The position numbers and the translations under genes are program-made. This document shows, piece after piece, positions 26,006 through 37,472 of a stretch of DNA of 64,000 bases. The first letter of the stretch is position 1. Every line of letters starts with the position of its first letter. The stretch is from Marsupella aquatica (lineage: Eukaryota; Plantae; Marchantiophyta). The notes beneath the pieces were generated by a model. The model was not told where the DNA came from and searched no databases. It saw only the letters and a program-made list of their open reading frames with translations. The stretch lies in NCBI GenBank assembly GCA_973895155.1, contig OZ316893.1, forward strand, positions 27,600,210 to 27,664,209, given 5' to 3'.

Positions 26006-27613
26006 AAACGAGCAAGCAGTGAAACGAAATGAGAAGAATGACCCGCTGGAGAGCAAAGAGAAGCAATATATAAAACCCTGACTGACAAAAAGACCAATAA
26101 GACGGCTTGCTTGAACTTGTGTCACGGCTAAACTTGCAGCAGGGCTGAAGTACGGATAACAATAATGACAACACGTGTGACCGTAATAATGATTGTATGC
26201 TCAAACTAGTTGCGTGGTAGCCTGGCTGAGCCTGCATAAACCCGTGGCACGCTTGGCACGGCCCTCAAGGCCGACCGCCGAGGGGCTTATAGTGGCTTTA
26301 GGGGGTTTGAACTCCCCATTTGCACATTCGCCTCCTTGCCTTCTCGCCTCCCTTGCCTCCTCTTGCCTCTAGATTTTTTTGCGCTCTTGCCTCGAGATCC
26401 TTGTATTAGCCTCGAGATTTGAGAGGGTCGAGATTAGTTATTTTCCTCGAGATTTGATAGGGTCAAGATTTTGTGTTTAGGCTTGAGCTTCGATAGGGTC
26501 GAGATTTTCTGTTTAGGCTCGAGATTTGTTTTTAAGTTCTCAGCCCGTAGTACGTTCCTCTCTTCACTAGCCATGTCAACTGTTGTAGATTTCTCAAAGG
26601 AGGAATTCGCTGAGTACAACCTTGCAACCGTTGGGGAAGAGCTTCAAACCCATCTAGACTCAGCGCATCAGATCCATCGCACCATTAAACGTAATTCATC
26701 ATCTTTCTTCATTGTTCAGGTTTAACTTGAGATCATCTCGAGCTTCAATTGGTCCACTTGTTTCTGGATTCCTTGGATGCAGTTGAGGCTCGAGATCATC
26801 TCGAGCTTATTGATGTTTTCTGCATTACTTTGCTTCAAAAGTTTGTGATCTATCAATTGATTTTGCATTTGATGTAAGTGGCATGAGGCTCGAGATCGTC
26901 TCGAGCCAATATGCATTTCCTGCATGTTACCTAGTCAGATTTCTTCAAGTTGGAAACTCTTATCCTTCAAAAGTGAACATCATATCCAAAATATCTAAAA
27001 TTTCCTTCCTCCAGGGACTTCTATACCCTCCAACTTGTTCTGATCATTGACATCCAAACGGGTTTGTGGGTATCAGAAGTCAATGGAGAAAGTGGATTTT
27101 AATCATTGATTGAATATGATGTTCATTGTTGAATATGATATTCGGATCACTCGTTTGAGATGTTAGGCTCGAGATTGTCTCGAGCCAAATATATTCATCA
27201 CCATCTTCCATTATATTCATTCGTATCCCTTGGCCAATTTCTTCCAGTTGGAAGGACTCCATGTCGTCTACTTCAATTACTAATATCCTATTCAATGTGA
27301 TCCAAGCTTGCCTTTTGGACACTTTCTTAGTCCTCCAACTCGTTTGTGAAGATGACAAACCACTGAGTTAGAGGGTTTAAATTTGAGTTGTTCGTTAAAT
27401 TTGACTGGTTTATGATATGCAATGGAATAAAACCTCAACTGATATATATGAGGATCGAGATCATCTCGAGCCCTTGTCTTTTTCTTTGAAATAGATGGTT
27501 GCTCAAGATCATCTCGAGCCTATTGTGGTTCCTAACTATTGTGTTATCTTTTTAGATTTTTTGGGGTTAAAATCTCTTTTCAAATTCCCCGGATGAAATG
27601 TGGCATTGGAACA

Positions 27614-30600
27614 TGTGACACGGGTAACGTGTCACTTGACCAAACCCAGGTCGTAGATTAGGACTTATACGGTCATTAGGACCGTAGCCATAGTGTAGAA
27701 TAGCACGTATAGCCGTCTGTTGCCATTATGATTAGATTAGGAGTAGGTTAAGATGATCGAATCATTATGAGTTCAGGAAGGGGATTATTACGCGCGACCA
27801 AGGTACGGTGGCGGCAGCGGAGTAAAAATCAGTTAGAAGAATCATGCTTGGACCGAGGCGCCGACTTCAGCTCGCTATCAATGACCAAAACGGCCTGGCC
27901 TTCTCACGCTCGGGCTCATCCTGGCACCTTCATAAGAGAGGAGCCGATGGTGCTGCGGGCCATTTGCTCATGTCTACCTTTCTTTGAATTCGCGGACGTT
28001 GCCACCCACTCGCCCTGCTGATCGAATCGAGTCGACCTTTACAAGGAGATTATCGAGGAAGAAGAGCGAAATGTGGCGAGATTTAGTCAGGACGAGCGAG
28101 GCCTCCACGAGACAGAGGACCAGCCGGGTGGGAACGCGGACTCAACGAACCGGACTACGAGGTTAGTATGACCCTCACAGCCTTGGGATTTTGGACCTTG
28201 TTTGGCGAGGTAGGTGCTAAGTTCTCCGAGACTTACTGGTACTCTTGCCCCGAGAAAGCCGCTTATGAACAAAGGTATGCGAAGCTGGTAACCAAGGTAG
28301 CACTGGTTAATTGCGAAAGGACAACCATCACCAGGGATTCTAGCTATAACGAGCTGCGAGACTACATCACCGAACTATATCTCAGCAAAGAAGGGCTTAG
28401 ATCGGTAGCAGAGGCGATTCTTAAGGTTCCAGCGAAGTTCTTTAAGCTGAAGGGCAACCAGCGGCTTACTCAAGCGGAGTTCGACAAGATTCCGGGGTAC
28501 CTAGACCAGCAGATCGCAGCCAAAAAGTGCCAGGAAGACATCAGCAGACAACGGGAAGCGGTGCGTAATCTCACGTTCCTCGGGGAAAGCTCCAACGCCT
28601 TCAACTGGGATATGGCTACCCCGATACCACCAGTGCCTCAACCAATGACCACCGGAGTATCGCCGAACCAGTCCCAAGTCCGTCCAGTAATCAACACGGA
28701 GTGTTCTTCGGGTTCCGAGCGAGCTAGTCCGCAACTCGAACAGCGTCCTCGTAAGCGGCCAAGGACTACGACGGCCCCCGAATCAACACGGACCGACGCC
28801 GCGCCTGCGCCTGCCCCGCCAAACCCCCCGACCAACCAGACCTGACGGCCCCCGGATAACCCGAAGTCCAACTTATTACAGGTAATCCGCGTCCCCGAGG
28901 TAGTCTGGATCGCGATCAAGAAACTCGAACATGCAGACTATCTCAAGGAGCATCAGTTGGAGCGGTTCGCCCACTTGCTATGGAGGCCGTGCACCGCCGG
29001 GCCGAAGGAGATTTGTGAGTTCATCTCCAATTTTGACACTGACGCGTCGACCACCAAGGTTTTGGGGCAAGCCTTGTCACTCACGGAGCATCGGTTAACG
29101 CAAATCTTCTGCCTACCAACCGGGCCGGTGCCGGTGGAAATCCGAATTCGGGATAAGGAGTATACGCCGCGGCACTTCAAACCCGAGGGTAAGACGGACA
29201 ACGGATACAAGCAGGGGGCGTGCACCAACTTAACCTGTATGGAGCGGCTTAACTTCATACGGACTACCCTACACATGATTGAGCCACGATCCGAGATTTC
29301 CCTCTGCACGATCGTGCAGGTGGAACAGTACAAACGATGAAACTGGGCCCAATTCTTCTACCAAAGATTCTCGGGGGAGCTGAAGCGGGCTCAGGGTGGT
29401 ATGGCTATTGGGGGGAAGACTTACTTGGGAAGTCATATCGCCATTATCCTCGCCTGGTACAAGGCACGGCGGGAGGCCAGAGGAAAGAATATGGTCACCT
29501 CAGCCCCGGGTAATGTCACCCCCGCCCCAGAGGAGGCAACCCGGACTACGCGGACTACCGTCCCTCGGGCAAACCCCGAGCCGGAAGCCCCGACTAATAC
29601 TCCGCCACCGCCCCCTATGGAAATTCCACCGCCCCCTTCCATCGAGCCTCCGCTACCCGCAGTACAACCACCCCCAATCCCTCCACCACCTGAAGAGACC
29701 TTCCCCTCCCCAGCGCTGACTACGGAGGAGCTCATTGCCCCTGCCGAGGAACCACCGGTACCCGAGAGGATGGAGGACTACCAAGTAGCCCCGGGGATCA
29801 TGGCCTACGACCTGGTCCAGAAGTTTAGCCAGACTATGTCTGAGGAGCTGGCGGCGTACATCGGACAACAAGTCTCGGCGTACTTTCAACCAGCCTTCTT
29901 CATGTTAGAGCACCAACCACGGATCGTAAGCCGCCTGGAAGAAGAACTCATGGCAAAGGGGAATGAGATCGGGCGCCTCCAGATGTTGGTAGAGCACCTC
30001 GAGGAGGAGGCAACAACCCGACGCGAGGAGTTAGTCCGCACCATCGAACAGAGGGACGGACTAAACCAGGAGTTAAGCGGAGCGCAGGTCGAACTCAAGA
30101 AGCTAGATGACATTGTGCTTCAATTACGCTCAGAATATTTGGCTCGGGTTACCAGCCTGACCGACCTCAACAAACAATTCCTGCAGGCAGCACAGCAGGT
30201 GGCTAGTCTCTCCGCCGAACGAGATAAATTGCTAGCACAAGACCAGGTCCATCGCGATGCCATCGACCAGCTCAACTTGGAGGTAGCGCAGCTCCAGACC
30301 GAGGCCGATAAAGTTGCAAACGAGGCGGAGGAAGCACTACGGGACAACAAGGCTTTGCAGGACCGCATTACCCTGCTCACCCTCCAGCGGGGAAAACCTG
30401 GGCCCACCTCTGATCAAGGCGGCTCGAGGTCTCGTCCCGACAAGGGGACCAGCCCTGGTCCAACCACTGCACGCATGTAAGGGGTAGTTAGCGTAGGGTG
30501 GAAGCAGGCGCCGCGCGAGGCAGTTAAGTCAGCGGCATCTTTTGGTTAGGCGTAACGACAAAATGACTGTCATTAGGCGCCGATTAGCGGCAGTAAGAAG

Positions 30601-31453
30601 AATTAGGGCCGGATCAGTTAGGATCAGCCAACGTAGGATGGAGTCCATCAACGGACTAGAATTTGTCAGTAGGATTGGCCGCTGCCATCCCGGTCAGCAC
30701 CTTGTCGTCGACGGTCAACCAGTCAGTACGGCGCGGCCAGTAGTCAGTAGGTAGTTAGTCAGTAGGTAGTATCCCGAAAGGCAGTATCCTCCGGCTCTCC
30801 TCCGCGATTGTAGTATTTAGGCTTCCCCTTCCGCTAAGGAAGGGGAGAAGGCTTAGTTATCTCAGTAGAGGGAAGGTGAGGCACGGGGAGTCCCGGCCTG
30901 AGCAGGGTTAGAGTGCACCAAGGAGTGAGAGCCAGAGTTGAGCTTGTTGGGCAAGTGCGAGGCAGGGCCTCGTAGAGACTGGGCATCGACTGCCGTTGGG
31001 CCTGCTGACCCCCTTTGAAGTCGAGTCAACCATGTAAACTGATGCTTCGCTGAGTAAATGTAGTCTTTTCCCCCTAATGTTTCTGCAAGTAACTGATGTT
31101 GTGTGTATGCTTTGTCTGGGTAAAGGCGCCATTTTAAGGGACGTACCGGGTGTGGACTAATGGTAGGGATTGCCATTCATTGTATGTCACAAGGTCCTGT
31201 CGTGTCGATGGCTTGAAAGGCCCCAAGCCGGGAGTTAGTCCGAGTCACTAACTGAGGGAATATTCCAGCAGTGGAAAACAAATATACCTATGACTAGTAT
31301 GAATTATTCAGGTGTTATACCGGTAAGTATATCGACTTAGCCCGACTTAGGGCTAATTGAGGTCACTACACACCTCCTTGCCCGAACCTCAATTAGCCCT
31401 AGGTCGCACCATGGCACTAAACTGGATTTAAGGCCCAGGTTAGCGGTGCGACA
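27614..31453. mobile_element. 3.84-kb solo LTR-like insertion containing a gene
   Basis: Termini TGTGACAC...GTGCGACA, exact 5-bp TSD GAACA (27609-27613, 31454-31458), GC-rich. No internal direct repeat, no gag/pol, and none of the flanking palindromes. Confidence 0.85.
28168..30480 (+). pseudogene. Retroelement accessory-type protein (~770 codons; Pro-rich linker, coiled coil) with two in-frame TGA
   Basis: ORFs 28168, 28957 and 29401 share one frame, and the gaps between them are open apart from TGA at 28843 and 29338. Confidence 0.75.
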
Positions 31454-34400
31454 GAACATGTCAGACTACAATTCATAAAACCGTCAACTTAGCTATCCTA
31501 AAAATGAAGGAAGATTGAGATCATCTCGAGCCACCTATTTGTTTCTTAGTTTTGTGGTACATGTTTCTGACAATTGCTACATTTTGGCTGTACCAAGTGC
31601 AAAATTGGGATCGCCTAATTTGGTAGTCGAAGATGAACATGCAATTGAGGTTTCCTGCCCTGGACAAGGTCAATTTGGATTCTGTTGGGCCATTGAGCTT
31701 GCTGAAACTGAAGACATGGAAGGAACTATTATTTGTGTGAAGACGAGATCTCCATCAGTCGATCCTCTAGTCTGCAGCCTTCTAGGGCCTGTAGAACGGT
31801 AAGGACATGGTTTTGACGGTGGAGAACCATGAGACAGGGAAGTGGGCTCTAATTAGACTTCACACCAAAAACTACTCTTGCGATCTTAACATTGAACGTG
31901 CAGCCAGGAAACAACTGAGCGTGATATCAATGGGATTCTTCCCCGAGGGTTTTACTACAAGTAATTTGCTAGAAGATACTACTATATCTGGAGCCGACAT
32001 AATTTTTGGATTCCTTTATTGTTGAAAGTATGGATTTGATCATGATGATGCATTCACAACTCCTTTCACGTGGAAGGTTTTGAGACTAATGTCGAAATCC
32101 AAATTGGGGGAGTTTGAATCCATATCCCCTGATTTTGTGTTTGAAGCTGGAGAATTTGACGAGGATGCTTGTAAAAAGTGGGTGTTGTCTCATCGGAGAC
32201 AAATAGGTAAATTGAAATCTTTAGCTGTGGGAGACAAGACCTCCGGTTTGGACAAAAAGGAAGCAAAGGTGTCTCAAAAGAGGAAGAGGGTTGAGAAACC
32301 CGAAAGCAAAGCGAAGAAGGCTCCACCTTCAAAAAATTCCATGCCGCCCAAGGAGGATTCCAGCATCTTCCTCAGGTGTGATTGCACATACCGATGATGA
32401 TGGCACTCCAGGAGATGCTCCGGGAGAAAAGAGCGTTAAAGAAGGAGCCAAAGTTCTTAAGGAGATTGAGGAGTATTACACATTTGGCATGAATGAAACT
32501 TTTGACATTCCTATCACTAGTATAGATTCGCCTTCTGCAATATTGGTATATAGGATGTTCAATAAAGACCATGCCATGGAGGTCGCAAAATCCATGGTTA
32601 GAAACCCTGGAATGGTACCAGTTGTGGCGGATTTAATTCCGTATTCAAGAGAGAGTTCGCAGTTGCTCCATTATGAGAATACTCCTGAGGATTGAAAGGA
32701 GTTTGAGTGGGGTGTTAAGAATAAGAAGGTGCAGTTCTTTGCAATTAGTGGACAACAATCGGCAAAGGCAGCTGTTTGGATCATAGGTTGGGCTAAGAGC
32801 GATGCAAAGTTGAAGGAGGTCGCGAAGAGTCTACAATATCGAAAGTCACAAATTCTTTCGAACAAAACTCCAAGAACAATACTTGCTCAACACTCACAAA
32901 GGGCAAATGTTGTTAATAAGACCATGGAGTATGAGTCCTGTTTTCTTGATACTATGGTCCATGCCCGTCGACAGTTTGACGAGTGTGGCCGTCCGGAGAG
33001 ACCCGTGATTGGGTCCAATAGACTAACGGATTATCAAAAGTTCCAGGTAAACTCAAACTCAAATCCACTTCTAGCTCAAGATTATCTTGAGCCTCGAGGT
33101 CAAGTTTTTGTATTTGATTTATCTTCATGTATTCGCCCATAAATTTCAACATAGTTCCCTAATTCTACCTTGAGATCATCTCGAGCCTCAAATTTTCTTT
33201 GTACTGTTTGGATCAAGATTTTATGGCATTGGCCAAAATAACGACTGGAAAATCCGATCTGAGGAATATTTTTTGGTTGATGTTTTCGGAAGAGAACCTC
33301 TTCCAAACTTGGAGACAAATGTGCATCGATTGGGTCAAGGGACTTCTTCCGGATGGTCTAGGGGAGTTAGGTTCAAAAATAAATGGGAAATCCTGGACAA
33401 CAAAAATGATTACGCCAGCATTGTTTAGATGCTTTGAAGGAGACCTAAGTAGTGACGACATTCTGAAAGTTTTTACTGCTATTCAACAAGAGAAGGTTTT
33501 ATTGAAGAAAGACCCAGCCAACAAATCTGATGTTCAATCAATGAGTGATATGGCTCATACTTTCAAAGTCATGACCAAGCTGAGGGCAAAAATTGTGGAG
33601 TACTTTGTTTTGAAGTATCCGGATCGGTTTGCCAATTCACTCACTTGGTTTGAGCTAACTCAATTTTTGCCTACATTTATGGATTGTGGTGAGTTGCCCA
33701 AACTTAGACAACTTGCTCGAGAGGTTTGGATTTCCAACATCCTAAAAAGAAATAGGCCAAAAGACCCATTTCCGCAAAGTCTCATTGTTATGCTTGAGCA
33801 GATATATTGCAAGGTATTTGGCGGGATGCCTTCAATGGAGGATACTCCTTATCGCAAATTTTTTAGCAATAATTTGATGAGGACAATGAAGCCTGAGATT
33901 GTTGACTCGGTGCAAAGGACGTGCCCACTTTCCATTGTCGATTTTGGTCGTCTTTGACAACGGCAGTGGACAGATGCCAAAATTTTTGTCTTGCTGGAGT
34001 ATTGTTTGGAGATGGCGAACTCGACGGAGCTCTTGGTAATCTTTTTTGTCTGTCAAGGCCCATTGATAGGCCAGATTCAGAGTGCCTTTGAAAAGATTTG
34101 TCGTGAGAAGAAAGTCCACACAAAGCTGGAGTATGGGAGCTACTACCGTGATCAGCTGCCCAAGGAGGAGGGAGATTTTCTCACTGGAGCCCGAGACTCA
34201 ATCATCTTTGGGGGAATTTATTGTGAAGAGGAACCAGACTGGTCCCAAATTTTCTTTGATGACTTTTATGCATTTTGGAACTACAGTGAGAAGTGGGACA
34301 CAGACTTCACAGTCTTGCCTTTGAAGGCCCCTACTGGGAACAACAAAGACCAATCAAAGGGGAAAGATAAGCTCGATGAATCCACTGTTGATGTCGAAGT

Positions 34401-37400
34401 TTTGGAGAAGATGGCCCCATCTTATGAGATGGTCGGTTGGCGGGGTGGCTTTGTAAATCCGAGAGCAAAGCCTTTGCGAATGACAAAGCGTCTTGTTGAT
34501 TATTTCTCCTGCCCAGGTCACACAGTGTTGGATTTCTTCTCTGGAGGGCAGACATTGAAAGCTTGTGTCATTCTTGGTCGGGATTTTTTTGTGTATTTGG
34601 ACACAGCTCAAGAGATGGAATTCACAGAAGCCTTTGCTCAGCTCCTTCATGACAACAAGCAGGTTTTATATGTGCCACCCAAAGAGCCGTTAGCATCTGA
34701 GGAAATTACTGCTGGTCCCCTCGTTCTTATAGAAGAGGCGGCCTTAGACATAGCTTCGGTGGAAGCTAGTGTTTATGAGGAAGTATTTGCAGAGAATTTA
34801 GAGCATCGCAAAATGGAGGGCCCGAAAATCACAAGCTACATGGAAGAGGAGGGTGAAATACTGCCTGAATTTGGAAATGATGCTCGAGATGATCTCGACG
34901 TTCCAGGTGTTCCTTCATCGGGTGACCTTGGGGATGCACAACGTGAACAACAGTCTTCAACCTTGGATGTTGGCTGGGAATCCACCTTGCAGGATGCAAT
35001 TAGCCAACCAATTCCAAGCCCTCCTCAACTGGATGAGATTTTCTCTACTAAGAAAGCTAGTGGCTGCCATACTCCCCCTCAGGACAAGGCAGGTGCATCG
35101 TCCTCTCCCTTGGACCAAATGTTTTGCGCTTCAGAGAATAAGCTTGTTTTCACAGATTCTTCTACTGGAAGCCCCATAATTCTCCCTTTTGTTAGGAAAC
35201 TAGGGACTGAAATTGGTAGAACTGGTTACAAATCACTCAAAGCAAGTGCTACTCATTATGTTTGGACTGATGGATCGTCAAAAGGTCAACAAGTCAGTAT
35301 AGAGCAGTCTGAGAAGATTATTTGATCTAGAAAGTATAGGAAGGATAAGTTCAAATTAGTGCCAATTTGGTCTGAGCCAGCTCTTGTTGAGACCCTTCCC
35401 GAAGGGATAAATTTGGACATCCAAAACCAACTAGGAGATAACCTTCTAGATGAATTTGGGTCTTTCAGCACGTGAGGTTGAAACCCAAGTTAGTTTGAAC
35501 AGTCCTGAAATTCAGCCGTCTAAACTATTATGTCTACCTTCACAGAAATAGGCGGGCACTTACCAGTTGTGGAGTGCGTCGACAATAATCTCCAAAGATC
35601 TACTGAGATTTCTTCAACTACTGACCTTCAACTAACAATAGGTATGACATTGACTGTTGTTCATTCACTTGTGATGCTTGAGATCGTCTCGAGCATTCCT
35701 CTGTTTTATCTCCCACAATTCTAACATTGGTGTTCCTTCTTTGCAGGACCCTTGCCTCCACTTCACGGTCCGATCAGACGGAATCTATTGATTCTTGACC
35801 TCAACAAAATGTGTTGGGATTCTGTCAAAACGCCAAGTTTCGGACCACGCTGTAGTGCAACAAGTGTCAAGGGTGTCCACTAGAGGAGACGTGGAGGGTT
35901 TAACTTTATGTATGTTGAGTGACCCCATCTTCACGAGTTCTTAATCACAGCTTTTTCATTATTTGATGTTGCCATTTGGACTTGTGCAAGGAAACCCAGG
36001 ACGGATGAAATGATTCATTTGATCTTCAGTCAAGAAGAGCGAGAGCAATTCAAGTTTATTCTCACACAAGAAGATACATTTGATACTGGAATCCAGAGGC
36101 CTGACATTACCGATGGGAAGACAAATATTCATTTGAAGGATTTGAGGGTGGTTTGGAAACGTTATGGTGGATTATACGACGAAACTAATACACTCCTTCT
36201 TGATGACACTCCAATGAAGGCATTTGCAAATCCAGAGAATTGTGGGTTGTTTCCTTCCTCATTTTTGCATCACTCCACGGATGATACATTCTTTCCAGAA
36301 ATACTATGGCCTCTGCTCAGGAAATTGTATCATGCCTTCAATCTTCAGCACTACCTTTTTATCAATCATCCAAAGTGGTCTATGATAAATATTTTAGCAG
36401 ACAAAGATCAACAGGCTGCCATTTATGCGTTGTTGACGGAGCGGTGGGGTAGTATGGTATGGGTTCCATACAGTCTTGGATGTCACAGCGGACGAAATTC
36501 CTTGGGATGTCAAGAATGAAGTGCAACAACTACCACCAATGGAGGAATTGATGGAGGAGGCAATCAACGACCTTGCAAAGACGTTAATTGGATATCAGTA
36601 CACGGGACCCTACAAAGACAATCATCGGGGATTTGTTTTGGAAGTCTTGAGGTGTAGGGACCTCACCACGAAGTTCTGGAATAGGAAGCCTCTCGATTTC
36701 TGCAATTGCGATATGAAATATGACCCGTTAGGGTCTAGATTTACTTGCTCAAATGAATTCTGCGGGGTGGAGGAGCATGAGATTTGGGTCTAGATTATCT
36801 CGACCCTACACTGAACAGTTACAATGTGAGTTGTAGATATACATATTCTTACTCAAAAAAAAGTGAAGCTATGCGTACTATCCATTTGAGTCTAGATGCT
36901 GTTGATCCTCTTTTACTTGTAGATATGTTCTCAGAAAAAGGTTATTTGGGTCTCAACCCTATACAAAGGGAATAACTAGAGATATAGATTCAACAACGGG
37001 TCAAAATTATGTGGATCTCGACATAGATTTTTACATAGTAATTTATATACATTCAACAACCGGTCAAAACTATCTAGAGCCTGCATTGGGGCAGACGTGG
37101 TCTCGACCTTGTAAAAATAGGTTTTTTACTTTTATAATACATCATCGGTTTACCTTCCGTGTTTGTGTAACTTGGTTATCACGGGTCATTTGAACTTATT
37201 ATATTGTCTTATTCTATTTTTTCATTGTTTATATTGTATATAATAAGAACACTTTATTGTCTTTTAATTAATAAGTATTAATAATTGATAATTGAATTAT
37301 ATAATTAATAATTTGGGCATTAGAATTGTAATTTTAGACCTCAAAAAGTGTATATTTGGCCACTAAAATGTATGCTTCTAGGGAACAAGTTATAGAACTT

Positions 37401-37472
37401 TTGGGGGTAAAATAAGAAATTTGAAGGTCAACTTCTAGACTAGAGAAATTCCAGTTTTAATGAATAGGGTGA

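Larger units (their letters stand above)
26573..36793 (+). pseudogene. Multi-exon gene: ParB/Srx-like domain + beta-class N4/N6 DNA methyltransferase-like domain + NIF/FCP1-like HAD domain (decayed)
   Basis: ParB-like: IPITSIDSP..YRMFNKDHAMEVAKSM..FFAISGQQSAKAA (32500-32770). MTase-like: LSIVDFG (~33930) then KPLRMTKRLVDYFSCPGHTVLDFFSGG (~34467-34548). NIF: LLILDLNK..PHLHEFL..FDVAIWT..HLKDL..NTLLLDDTPMK (35785-36220). Plausible GT..AG introns near 26720, 33047 and 35642-35747. Several in-frame TGA stops and frameshifts. The 5' exons are tentative. Confidence 0.6.
24199..36806. repeat. Dispersed palindrome family CTCGAGAT-N-ATCTCGAG (~18 copies plus a half-site cluster)
   Basis: Copies start near 24199, 25230, 25338, 25405, 25560, 25651, 26726, 26789, 26889, 27168, 27454, 27502, 31514, 33075, 33169, 34883, 35677 and 36788. 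Half-sites (C/G)TCGAGAT occur in tandem at 26390-26526. Confidence 0.92.

Noticed and set aside
31515-36793. Bacterial contamination or prophage as the source of the ParB-MTase
   Set aside because: Spliceosomal-type intron signals, CpG-type decay, a nested LTR insertion and fusion to a eukaryotic NIF domain indicate nuclear plant DNA.
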